From contig CAYPNJ010000001.1 of assembly GCA_964412305.1 (NCBI GenBank), positions 1 through 55,267 of the forward strand: 55,267 bases of DNA, written 5' to 3'. Source of the stretch: an uncultured Lutibacter sp. GTDB taxonomy: Bacteria > Bacteroidota > Bacteroidia > Flavobacteriales > Flavobacteriaceae. The position numbers and the translations under genes are program-made. Shown in pieces: positions 11,056 through 19,409 of the stretch (positions within the stretch are counted from its first letter, which is position 1; each line of letters starts with the position of its first letter). Below the pieces are notes generated by a model, which was not told the DNA's origin, did no database searches, and saw nothing but the letters and a program-made list of their open reading frames with translations.

Positions 11056-12318
11056 ATGAAAGCAACTACTAAAAATAGCATTTCATTAGAGAAAATTTAT
11101 AAAGCTCAGCATAATATTAAAGGAGTTGTAGAACAGACTCCTTTGGTATTTATGAAGAATTTTTCTGAACGATATCAAGCAAAAATCTACTTTAAGAGAG
11201 AAGATTTACAAGTAGTTCGTTCTTATAAAATTAGAGGTGCGTATAATAAAATTCAAGGGTTGTCTTCCGAAGAATTAAAAAATGGAATTGTTTGTGCAAG
11301 CGCTGGTAATCATGCGCAAGGTGTTGCATATGCTTGTCAGAAATTAAAGGTAAAAGGCACTATTTTTATGCCTGTAACCACACCACATCAAAAAATTGAC
11401 CAAGTTAAAATGTTTGGTAGAACATTTATTGATGTTCGTCTTTTTGGTGATAGTTTTGATGATAGTCAAAAAGCGGCAGCAGAGTTTTGCGCAACCAATA
11501 AAAATACATTTGTACATCCGTTTGATGATATTGAAGTAATTGCTGGACAGGGAACAGTTGGTTTAGAAATTTTAAACGATAGCACATCTCAAATAGACTA
11601 TTTGTTTATGCCAGTTGGAGGTGGTGGATTGGCTTCAGGTGTTGGAAATGTGTTTAAAGCACTAAGTCCGGCTACAAAACTTATTGGAGTTGAACCTAAA
11701 GGAGCTCCCTCTTTAACAACTTCATTAGAAAAAGGAGAAAATACAACTCTAGAAACCATTGAAAAGTTTGTGGATGGAGCAGCTGTAAAACGTATGGGAG
11801 AGCTTACTTATGAATTTTGTAAAGAGGTGCTAGATGCTACAGATACCATTTGTGAAGGCTTAATTTGTTCAACAATTTTAAAAGTATATAATGAAAATGC
11901 AATGGTGGTAGAACCTGCTGGAGCATTGTCTATTGCTGCACTTGAAGATTATAAAGAGCAAATTAAAGGAAAAACCGTTGTGTGCGTTGTAAGTGGTGGT
12001 AATAATGATATTACCCGAATGGAAGAAATGAAAGAACGTGCTTTATTTTATGAAGGTTTAAAACACTATTTTATTATAAAATTTCCACAAAGAGCAGGAG
12101 CTTTAAAAGAATTTGTAGTAGATGTTTTAGGCCCAAATGATGATATAGCTTATTTTGAATACACGAAAAAAAATAACAGAGATAAAGGTCCAGCAATAGT
12201 TGGAATTGAACTGGATTCAAAAGAAGATTTTGAACCATTAGTGAAACGAATGGAAGAAAAAGGTTTTTTAAGTGAGTACTTAAATGAAAATCCTGAATTA
12301 TTTCAGTTTTTAATATAG
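11056..12318 (+). CDS. ilvA: Threonine ammonia-lyase (biosynthetic, short form)
   Basis: KREDLQVVRSYKIRGA, ASAGNHAQG, GGGGL, C-terminal FPQRAGAL ACT-like domain. Confidence 0.96.
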   Translation: MKATTKNSISLEKIYKAQHNIKGVVEQTPLVFMKNFSERYQAKIYFKREDLQVVRSYKIRGAYNKIQGLSSEELKNGIVCASAGNHAQGVAYACQKLKVKGTIFMPVTTPHQKIDQVKMFGRTFIDVRLFGDSFDDSQKAAAEFCATNKNTFVHPFDDIEVIAGQGTVGLEILNDSTSQIDYLFMPVGGGGLASGVGNVFKALSPATKLIGVEPKGAPSLTTSLEKGENTTLETIEKFVDGAAVKRMGELTYEFCKEVLDATDTICEGLICSTILKVYNENAMVVEPAGALSIAALEDYKEQIKGKTVVCVVSGGNNDITRMEEMKERALFYEGLKHYFIIKFPQRAGALKEFVVDVLGPNDDIAYFEYTKKNNRDKGPAIVGIELDSKEDFEPLVKRMEEKGFLSEYLNENPELFQFLI

Positions 12319-12408
12319 GAAGTTAAGTTATGATGTTAATTAGGTGTAGTTAAAAACAACAATTTGTTAAATAATAAACAAACTTAGGAGGATATTAATT
12401 TTTTTATG

Positions 12409-12416
12409 TATTATTG
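12409..12416 (+). promoter_or_regulatory. Possible -7 promoter element of the arg/pro operon
   Basis: TATTATTG, one mismatch to TAnnTTTG, ending 5 nt before the ATG of leader ORF1. Confidence 0.4.
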
Positions 12417-12421
12417 TACCA

Positions 12422-12496
12422 ATGAAAATAAACAATTTAAATATTACTGTAAATACTCCCTGTCGCTCTTTCGACGTTTATCGCTGTGCGCGCTAA
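12422..12496 (+). CDS. Putative leader peptide 1, MKINNLNITVNTPCRSFDVYRCAR (24 aa)
   Basis: ATG..TAA read manually; three Arg codons, all CGC, in the last 10 codons, the last one directly before the stop; upstream of the arg operon. Confidence 0.6.
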   Translation: MKINNLNITVNTPCRSFDVYRCAR

Positions 12497-12546
12497 TTCT
12501 TTCTATTCAAAAACAGTATATTAATTTTCATTTTTCAACAACAATT

Positions 12547-12648
12547 TTGCAACAGACTTTTCACATAGTATTTCTTTTAAATTTAACAATAGTTATTTCA
12601 GAAGTAATGGTTGTACGCTTTTTTTCTCGTCGCCCCGTTAGGGCGTAA
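12547..12648 (+). CDS. Putative leader peptide 2, MQQTFHIVFLLNLTIVISEVMVVRFFSRRPVRA (TTG start; alternative ATG at 12607)
   Basis: Four Arg codons (CGC, CGT, CGC, AGG) in the last 10 codons; TTG 12547 has A at -3 and -6; the 3' end overlaps a GC hairpin. Confidence 0.55.
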   Translation: MQQTFHIVFLLNLTIVISEVMVVRFFSRRPVRA

Positions 12649-12725
12649 AATTCTTTTGAAAATGGTGTGCCCGTTTTCCCTGTTAAAAAACATTAAAACT
12701 TAATTTTAAATACAAAAAGTAACCA

Positions 12726-13343
12726 GTGAAAGTTGTTATAGCCAATATATCACACATCAAATTTTCCAAAGCAATTTGTGAAACCATCAAAGATTCTGCT
12801 AAAGTACGGGGAACAGGTATTGCTGAAAGAACTCCAGAATATATCACTAAAAAAATTAGTACAGGAGATGCAGTAATTGCAATTCATAAAGATGAATTTG
12901 CAGGGTTTTGTTACATTGAAACATGGGATAATAAGTCTTTTGTGGTAAACTCAGGGTTAATTGTTCACCCAGATTTTAGAAATCAAGGATTGGCAAAAAA
13001 AATTAAAAAGCAAATCTTAGAATATTCAAAAGAAAAATATCCTGATGCTAAAATATTTGGTATTACAACAGGTTTAGCAGTATTAAAAATTAATTATGAG
13101 TTAGGTTATCAGCCAGTTACTTTTTCTGAACTAACTACAGATGAAGCTTTTTGGAATGGCTGTAAAACGTGTAAAAATTATGATGTTTTACAAAGAACAG
13201 ATAAAAAAATGTGCTTATGTACAGGAATGTTATATGATCCAAATCATGATAATAAGGTAAAAGAGCATCCGTATAATTCAAAAGTATTAAGCAGGTTAAA
13301 AAAAATTAAACAAACATTATTTCTTAAAAAAAATAAAAAATAA
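12726..13343 (+). CDS. GNAT acyltransferase, probable ArgA-like N-acylglutamate synthase
   Basis: SGLIVHPDFRNQGLA acyl-CoA motif, SAKVRGTGIA, FWNGCKTCKNY..CLCTGM; first gene of an arg operon that lacks classical argA/argJ; GTG start. Confidence 0.8.
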   Translation: MKVVIANISHIKFSKAICETIKDSAKVRGTGIAERTPEYITKKISTGDAVIAIHKDEFAGFCYIETWDNKSFVVNSGLIVHPDFRNQGLAKKIKKQILEYSKEKYPDAKIFGITTGLAVLKINYELGYQPVTFSELTTDEAFWNGCKTCKNYDVLQRTDKKMCLCTGMLYDPNHDNKVKEHPYNSKVLSRLKKIKQTLFLKKNKK

Positions 13344-13344
13344 C

Positions 13345-14526
13345 ATGGATAAAGTAGTAGTAGCATATAGTGGTGGTTTAGACACTTCATATTGCGTAAA
13401 ATATTTACTAAATGAATTAAATTTAGAAGTACACAGTGCACTGGTAAATACAGGTGGTTTTACTGCAAGTGAATTAGAAGTTGTAGAAAAAAAAGCCTAT
13501 GAAATGGGTGTTTCTTCTCACGTAAATAAAAATATATTAGATAAATATTACAGCAAGGCCATTAAATATATGGTTTTTGGTAATGTGTTAAAAAACAATA
13601 CGTATCCACTTTCTGTAAGTGCTGAAAGAGTTTTTCAAGCAATTGAAGTTGTAGAATATGCAAAAGAAATTGGCGCAAAATATATTGCACATGGAAGTAC
13701 AGGTGCAGGAAATGATCAGGTGAGATTTGATATGATTTTTCAAACATTAGCGCCTGAAATTGAAATTATTACACCAGTTAGAGATTTAAAATTATCTAGA
13801 CAAGAAGAAATAGCATATTTAAAAAAATACGGTGTTGATTATCCGTGGGGAAAAGCAAAATATTCAATAAATAAAGGTATTTGGGGAACAAGTATTGGTG
13901 GTGTTGAAACCTTAACATCACATCAAGCATTACCTGAAGAGGCTTATCCTAGCCAGTTAGAAAAAACTGCACCAACTGATGTAAAACTTCATTTTAAAAA
14001 TGGAGAATTAGTTGGCTTAAATGACGAAATTGATACACCAGTAAATGCCATTTTAAAGTTGGAAGAACTGGCTTCAAAATATGCAATTGGTAGAGATATT
14101 CATGTAGGTGATACCATTGTTGGAATTAAAGGAAGAGTTGGTTTTGAAGCAGCCGCAGCAGTAGTTACTATAAAAGCACATCATTTATTAGAAAAGCATG
14201 TATTGTCTAAATGGCAACAAAACCTAAAAGAACAATTAGCAAGTTGGTACGGAATGTTATTGCATGATGGTCAATATTTTGAGCCTGCAATGAGAAATAT
14301 TGAAGCTTTTTTAGAAGATTCTCAAAAAACTGTGACAGGAGAAGTTTTTGTTACACTAAAACCATATCACTTTAGTTTAAATGGTATAGAATCTAAGCAC
14401 GATTTAATGAAATCTGAATTTGGTGAATATGGAGAAACAAATAAAGCATGGACTTCTGAAGATGCCAAAGGGTTTATTAAAATTTTAGGGACAGCAAATA
14501 AAATATATCACAGTGTAAATTCATAA
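13345..14526 (+). CDS. argG: Argininosuccinate synthase
   Basis: AYSGGLDTS and HGSTGAGNDQVRF. Confidence 0.97.
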   Translation: MDKVVVAYSGGLDTSYCVKYLLNELNLEVHSALVNTGGFTASELEVVEKKAYEMGVSSHVNKNILDKYYSKAIKYMVFGNVLKNNTYPLSVSAERVFQAIEVVEYAKEIGAKYIAHGSTGAGNDQVRFDMIFQTLAPEIEIITPVRDLKLSRQEEIAYLKKYGVDYPWGKAKYSINKGIWGTSIGGVETLTSHQALPEEAYPSQLEKTAPTDVKLHFKNGELVGLNDEIDTPVNAILKLEELASKYAIGRDIHVGDTIVGIKGRVGFEAAAAVVTIKAHHLLEKHVLSKWQQNLKEQLASWYGMLLHDGQYFEPAMRNIEAFLEDSQKTVTGEVFVTLKPYHFSLNGIESKHDLMKSEFGEYGETNKAWTSEDAKGFIKILGTANKIYHSVNS

Positions 14527-14528
14527 GT

Positions 14529-15506
14529 ATGATTAAAGTAGGAATAATTGGTGGTGCAGGTTATACAGCAGGTGAATTAATTAGATTGTTAATTCATCAT
14601 CCAAAAGTTGTTTTAAATTTTGTGTACAGCACCTCAAATGCTGGAAATTATATTTATAATGTACATCAAGATTTATTGGGATCGTTAGATTTAAAATTCA
14701 CGGATACTATTAATAACAATGTAGATGTGTTATTTTTATGTTTAGGGCATGGAAATTCTAAAAAGTTTTTAGAGCAACATCAGTTTTCATCAACAACTAA
14801 AATAATAGATTTAAGTAATGATTTTAGATTGGAAAACGACGCCGTTTTTGAGGGGAAAGAATTTGTATATGGACTTCCAGAACTTCAGAAAGATGCAATT
14901 AAAAAAGCATCAAATATTGCCAATCCAGGATGTTTTGCTACGGCAATTCAACTAGCTTTATTACCATTGGTAAAACATAATTTGATAAAAAATTCAGTTC
15001 ATATAAATGCAACAACAGGTGCTACAGGAGCTGGTGTTTCACCAAGTGAAACAACACATTATAGTTGGAGAGATAATAATTTCTCAGTATATAAAGCATT
15101 TACACATCAGCATTTAGGTGAAATAAATGAAAGTTTATCCTTGCTTCAGAAAGGGTTTGATCAAGAATTATTTTTTATTCCAAACAGAGGGAATTTTAGT
15201 AGAGGGATTTTTGCATCCATCTATTTAGAATTTGATAAAGACATTGAAGTAGCCTACGAATTATTTAAAGATTTTTACAAAGATGCCGCATTTACACATG
15301 TTTCTAAAACACCAATTCACTTAAAACAAGTGGTGAATACTAACAATTGTTTTATCCATTTACAAAAACACAACAACACACTTTTAATTACTTCAATAAT
15401 AGATAATTTATTAAAAGGAGCATCTGGTCAGGCAATTCAAAATATGAATTTGATATTTGGTTTTAAAGAAATAGAAGGATTACAATTAAAAGCAACCTCA
15501 TTTTAA
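14529..15506 (+). CDS. argC: N-acetyl-gamma-glutamyl-phosphate reductase
   Basis: GGAGYTAGEL, IANPGCFAT, IDNLLKGASGQAIQNMN. Confidence 0.97.
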   Translation: MIKVGIIGGAGYTAGELIRLLIHHPKVVLNFVYSTSNAGNYIYNVHQDLLGSLDLKFTDTINNNVDVLFLCLGHGNSKKFLEQHQFSSTTKIIDLSNDFRLENDAVFEGKEFVYGLPELQKDAIKKASNIANPGCFATAIQLALLPLVKHNLIKNSVHINATTGATGAGVSPSETTHYSWRDNNFSVYKAFTHQHLGEINESLSLLQKGFDQELFFIPNRGNFSRGIFASIYLEFDKDIEVAYELFKDFYKDAAFTHVSKTPIHLKQVVNTNNCFIHLQKHNNTLLITSIIDNLLKGASGQAIQNMNLIFGFKEIEGLQLKATSF

Positions 15507-15518
15507 AAAAACGAACAA

Positions 15519-16313
15519 ATGAAAATAGCAATTATTGGAGTAGGAAATTTAGGGTATTCAATAGCATTAGGAATTTTATCTCAAAAAAGTTTTGAAATAA
15601 AAAACTTGTATTTAACAAAGCGAAACACAGCTTCATTAAGCAATTGGGAAAATTTACCAAATGTTGTAATCTCTACAAATAATAAGGAAGCAGTAAAATT
15701 CTCTGATGTAATTATAATTGCAGTTCAGCCAAATCAGTTGTCAGCTGTTTTAGAAGAAATAAATGAGGAAATAGACATAAAAAGGCACACCATAATATCT
15801 GTAATAACAGGTAGAAAAATCTACGAAATTGAAGCTGTTATTGGAAATAAAACAGCGATAATTAGAAGCATGCCAAACACGGCTATTTCTGTTGGTCAAT
15901 CTATGACCTGCTTAAGTGCAAATCAAAAAGGAAAGGAAAACATAGAAATAGCCAAAGCCATTTTTAACTCGTTGGGTAAAACAATGTGTATTGAAGAAAA
16001 ATTAATGCAATCGGCAACGGTTATTTGTGCAAGTGGTATTGCTTTTTGGATGCGTTTGATACGTGCAACTGCTCAAGGAGCAGTTCAGTTAGGTTTTCAT
16101 GCGGATGAAGCACAAGAATTAGCTGTACAAACGTGTTTAGGAGCCGCTAGTTTATTAATTCAATCGGGGAATCATCCAGAACAAGAAATTGATAAAGTTA
16201 CAACACCAAGTGGATGCACTATTGAAGGATTAAATGAAATGGAGCATCAAGGGTTAAGCTCTTCAATAATTAAAGGACTGGTAACGTCTTTTGAAAAAAT
16301 TAATCAGATTTAA
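15519..16313 (+). CDS. proC: Pyrroline-5-carboxylate reductase
   Basis: IGVGNLG, IRSMPNT, VTTPSGCTIEGL. Confidence 0.95.
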   Translation: MKIAIIGVGNLGYSIALGILSQKSFEIKNLYLTKRNTASLSNWENLPNVVISTNNKEAVKFSDVIIIAVQPNQLSAVLEEINEEIDIKRHTIISVITGRKIYEIEAVIGNKTAIIRSMPNTAISVGQSMTCLSANQKGKENIEIAKAIFNSLGKTMCIEEKLMQSATVICASGIAFWMRLIRATAQGAVQLGFHADEAQELAVQTCLGAASLLIQSGNHPEQEIDKVTTPSGCTIEGLNEMEHQGLSSSIIKGLVTSFEKINQI

Positions 16314-16324
16314 AATTTGTTGAC

Positions 16325-17452
16325 ATGGAATTATTTAATGTATATCCGTTATATAATGTTACACCTGTAAAGGCTGAAGGAGCATATGTTTGGGATGAGA
16401 ATAATACAAAATATTTAGATTTATACGGAGGTCATGGAGTAATTTCAATTGGGCATACACATCCGCATTATGTTAAATTATTGAAAGAACAATTAGATGC
16501 CATTGGGTTTTATTCCAACTCTATTCAAAATCCGTTACAGCAAGAATTAGCACAAAAATTGGGCAAGCTTTCAGGCTGTGAGAATTACAATTTATTTCTA
16601 TGTAACTCAGGTGCAGAAGCCAACGAAAATGCCTTAAAATTAGCTTCATTTGAAACAGGAAAGAGTAGAATAGTTTCTTTTAACAATGCTTTTCATGGAA
16701 GAACATCTGCAGCCGTAGCTACAACAGATAATAAAAGTATAAATGCACCCATAAATTTACAGCAAGAAGTCACTTTTTTACCGCTAAATAATATTGAATT
16801 GGTAATTTATGAGTTAGAGAAAAATGATGTGGCAGCCGTTATAATTGAAGGAATTCAAGGAGTTGGAGGTTTAGATGAAGGTACTACGGAGTTTTTTAAG
16901 GAACTACAGGATATTTGCAATAAAAAAGGTGTATTGCTAATTTTAGACGAAATCCAATCTGGTTATGGAAGAAGTGGGCAATTTTTTGCTTTTCAACATC
17001 ACAATATTCAGCCAGATATTATTACAGTAGCTAAGGGAATGGCAAACGGGTTTCCAATTGGAGGAGTTTTAATTGCTGATAAATATGATGCTAAATTCGG
17101 AATGCTGGGCACCACTTTTGGAGGGAATCATTTGGCTTGTGCAGCAGCAATTTCTGTATTAGATGTCATTGAAAAGGAGTATTTAATAAAAAATGTGAAT
17201 GAAGTTTCTAATTCTTTTTCAGAAGAGATTACAGCTATTTCTCAAGTAAAAAAAGTAAAAGGAAAAGGATTAATGTTAGGTGTAGAATTCGATTTTGAAG
17301 TTGCTGAACTTCGAAAAGAATTAATAGTTGACAAGCATATTTTTACAGGAGGTTCAAACAATAAAAATTTGTTAAGAATTTTACCGCCACTAAATATCAA
17401 CAAAGAGCAAATAACTGTTTTTATTAACGCATTGAAAGAACTACTAGCCTAA
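16325..17452 (+). CDS. argD: Acetyl/succinyl-ornithine aminotransferase
   Basis: NSGAEANE, FHGRT, DEIQSGYGRSG, AKGMANG, TTFGGN (class III aminotransferase) inside the arg operon. Confidence 0.93.
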   Translation: MELFNVYPLYNVTPVKAEGAYVWDENNTKYLDLYGGHGVISIGHTHPHYVKLLKEQLDAIGFYSNSIQNPLQQELAQKLGKLSGCENYNLFLCNSGAEANENALKLASFETGKSRIVSFNNAFHGRTSAAVATTDNKSINAPINLQQEVTFLPLNNIELVIYELEKNDVAAVIIEGIQGVGGLDEGTTEFFKELQDICNKKGVLLILDEIQSGYGRSGQFFAFQHHNIQPDIITVAKGMANGFPIGGVLIADKYDAKFGMLGTTFGGNHLACAAAISVLDVIEKEYLIKNVNEVSNSFSEEITAISQVKKVKGKGLMLGVEFDFEVAELRKELIVDKHIFTGGSNNKNLLRILPPLNINKEQITVFINALKELLA

Positions 17453-18648
17453 TGAATACAAACTTAACACTTCAACAAAGAAATGCTGTTTTATTGTCTA
17501 TGGCGCAATTAATTGCTACTGAAAAAGTAGCGATAGTAGCTGCTAATAAAACAGATGTAGAAAATTATACGGGTGAAGATATAGCAATGTATGATCGTTT
17601 AAAAGTGGATGATGAAAAAATTGAAGGAATGATTTTATCGCTCCATCAATTAATTGCAGATGCGGATCCGGTAGGGAAAGACCTGTTTCATTTCACACAT
17701 GAAAACGGACTAAAAATTACCAATAAATCGGCGCCATTTGGTACGGTTTTAATAATTTATGAATCTAGACCCGATGTAACTGTTGAAGCAGCAGGAATTG
17801 CATTTAAATCAGGTAATAAAATTTTATTAAAAGGTGGTAAAGAATCTATAAATTCAAATTTAAAAATCGTGGATTTATGGCACAAAGCATTGGTAGAAAA
17901 TAATATTTCAACCAATTGGGTGGAATATTTAAATTATAACAGAACAGAAACCCAAGTATTTTTAGAAAACCCAACACAAAAAGTAGATTTAATTGTACCT
18001 CGTGGAGGTGAAAAATTAATTGCTTTTGTAAAGCAAAACGCTACCTGTCCAGTAATTGTGAGCGGTAGAGGAAATAATTTTATTTATGTTGATACTGAAG
18101 CTGATTTAGACCTTGCTTTAAAAGTAATTATCAATGGAAAAACAGCTAAAATATCAGCTTGTAATGCTGTGGATAAGGTTATTATAAATTCTAATATAGC
18201 AGATAAAGAATCCTTCATAAAGAAATTAGTGGATGAGCTATTGAAGTTTAATATTGAAATTTTAGGAGATTCAGAATTATCAGCTTTTGAAAATGTAAGT
18301 GCTTTCGATAGTGAAGAAATTTGGTATGAAGAGTTTTTAGATTATAAAATTGTAATTGGAAGTGTAAATTCATTAGAAGCCGCAATTGAAAAAATAAACA
18401 AATACGGTGGAGGGCATTCAGCAGTGATAACTACTAAAAATAATGAAACTGCAACTACTTTTATGGAATCGGTAGATTCAGCAGCTGTATATCAAAATGC
18501 ATCTACACGTTTTACGGATGGTGGACAGTTTGGTTTAGGTGGTGAATTGGCAATAAGTACAGATAAATTGCATCATAGAGGACCTATGGGATTACAACAT
18601 TTAGTAACAAATAAATGGTATATATACGGAGATGGGCAAATCAGATAA
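17452..18648 (+). CDS. proA: Glutamate-5-semialdehyde dehydrogenase
   Basis: IIYESRPDVT, VPRGG, SACNA, NASTRFTDG, HHRGPMGL; TAATG overlap with argD. Confidence 0.96.
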   Translation: MNTNLTLQQRNAVLLSMAQLIATEKVAIVAANKTDVENYTGEDIAMYDRLKVDDEKIEGMILSLHQLIADADPVGKDLFHFTHENGLKITNKSAPFGTVLIIYESRPDVTVEAAGIAFKSGNKILLKGGKESINSNLKIVDLWHKALVENNISTNWVEYLNYNRTETQVFLENPTQKVDLIVPRGGEKLIAFVKQNATCPVIVSGRGNNFIYVDTEADLDLALKVIINGKTAKISACNAVDKVIINSNIADKESFIKKLVDELLKFNIEILGDSELSAFENVSAFDSEEIWYEEFLDYKIVIGSVNSLEAAIEKINKYGGGHSAVITTKNNETATTFMESVDSAAVYQNASTRFTDGGQFGLGGELAISTDKLHHRGPMGLQHLVTNKWYIYGDGQIR

Positions 18649-19408
18649 AAAAAGAATACTATTAAAAATAGGTACGAATGTACTGACTAAAGAAACGAAT
18701 AATATTTCTAGAGGGAAAATTGAAGATATTGCTCGACAAATAGTAGCTTTAAAAGATGATTATGAATTTATAATTGTAAGTTCAGGAGCAATTGCCGCAG
18801 CCAAGCAATTTGTAAATTTAGAAAGTAATGGAAAGGAAATAAATGTAAAACAGGCATTGGCATCAATTGGTCAACCGCATTTAATGCGTATTTTTCAAGA
18901 GAATTTTAGAGAATTAGGCTTGTTAACTTCACAATGTTTATTGTCGTATTCAGATTTTGAAAAAAAGCAATCTAAAAAAAACATTGTAAATACGATAAAT
19001 GTGTTAGTTGAAAATAATTACATTCCAATTATTAATGAAAATGATACAGTTGCTACAGATGAAATTAAATTTGGAGATAATGATAAGCTATCAGCATTAA
19101 CGGCTGTTTTATTAGATGTTGATTTGTTTATAATAGCCACTAATACCAATGGTATTTACACAAAAGAATCTATGAATAGTAATGAAGCAAAAACAATTAC
19201 AAAGTCATCGGATATTCAATCGCTTAAAACTCAGATAGAAAAATCAATTTCAAATGGTGGTACTGGAGGAATGAAAACTAAAATAGAAGCTGCAGAAATA
19301 GCTCAAAAGCACAATATTGAAACTTGGATTTTGAATGGGTTAAATGATGATTTTATGATTGATGCAATTCAGGATACAACAAAATTCACTAAAATAATTA
19401 CCGCATAG
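18632..19408 (+). CDS. proB: Glutamate 5-kinase (no PUA domain)
   Basis: KIGT, VSSGAI, PIINENDTV, FGDNDKLS, GTGGMKTK. Confidence 0.96.
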   Translation: MGKSDKKRILLKIGTNVLTKETNNISRGKIEDIARQIVALKDDYEFIIVSSGAIAAAKQFVNLESNGKEINVKQALASIGQPHLMRIFQENFRELGLLTSQCLLSYSDFEKKQSKKNIVNTINVLVENNYIPIINENDTVATDEIKFGDNDKLSALTAVLLDVDLFIIATNTNGIYTKESMNSNEAKTITKSSDIQSLKTQIEKSISNGGTGGMKTKIEAAEIAQKHNIETWILNGLNDDFMIDAIQDTTKFTKIITA

Positions 19409-19409
19409 T

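Noticed and set aside
12363-12382. TTTGTT-N8-AACAAA palindrome as an ArgR operator
   Set aside because: Does not match the TGMAT-N-ATKCA ARG box; short AT-rich arms are easily chance.
12662-12703. Third small ORF MVCPFSLLKNIKT in the arg leader
   Set aside because: No Arg codons and no other support.
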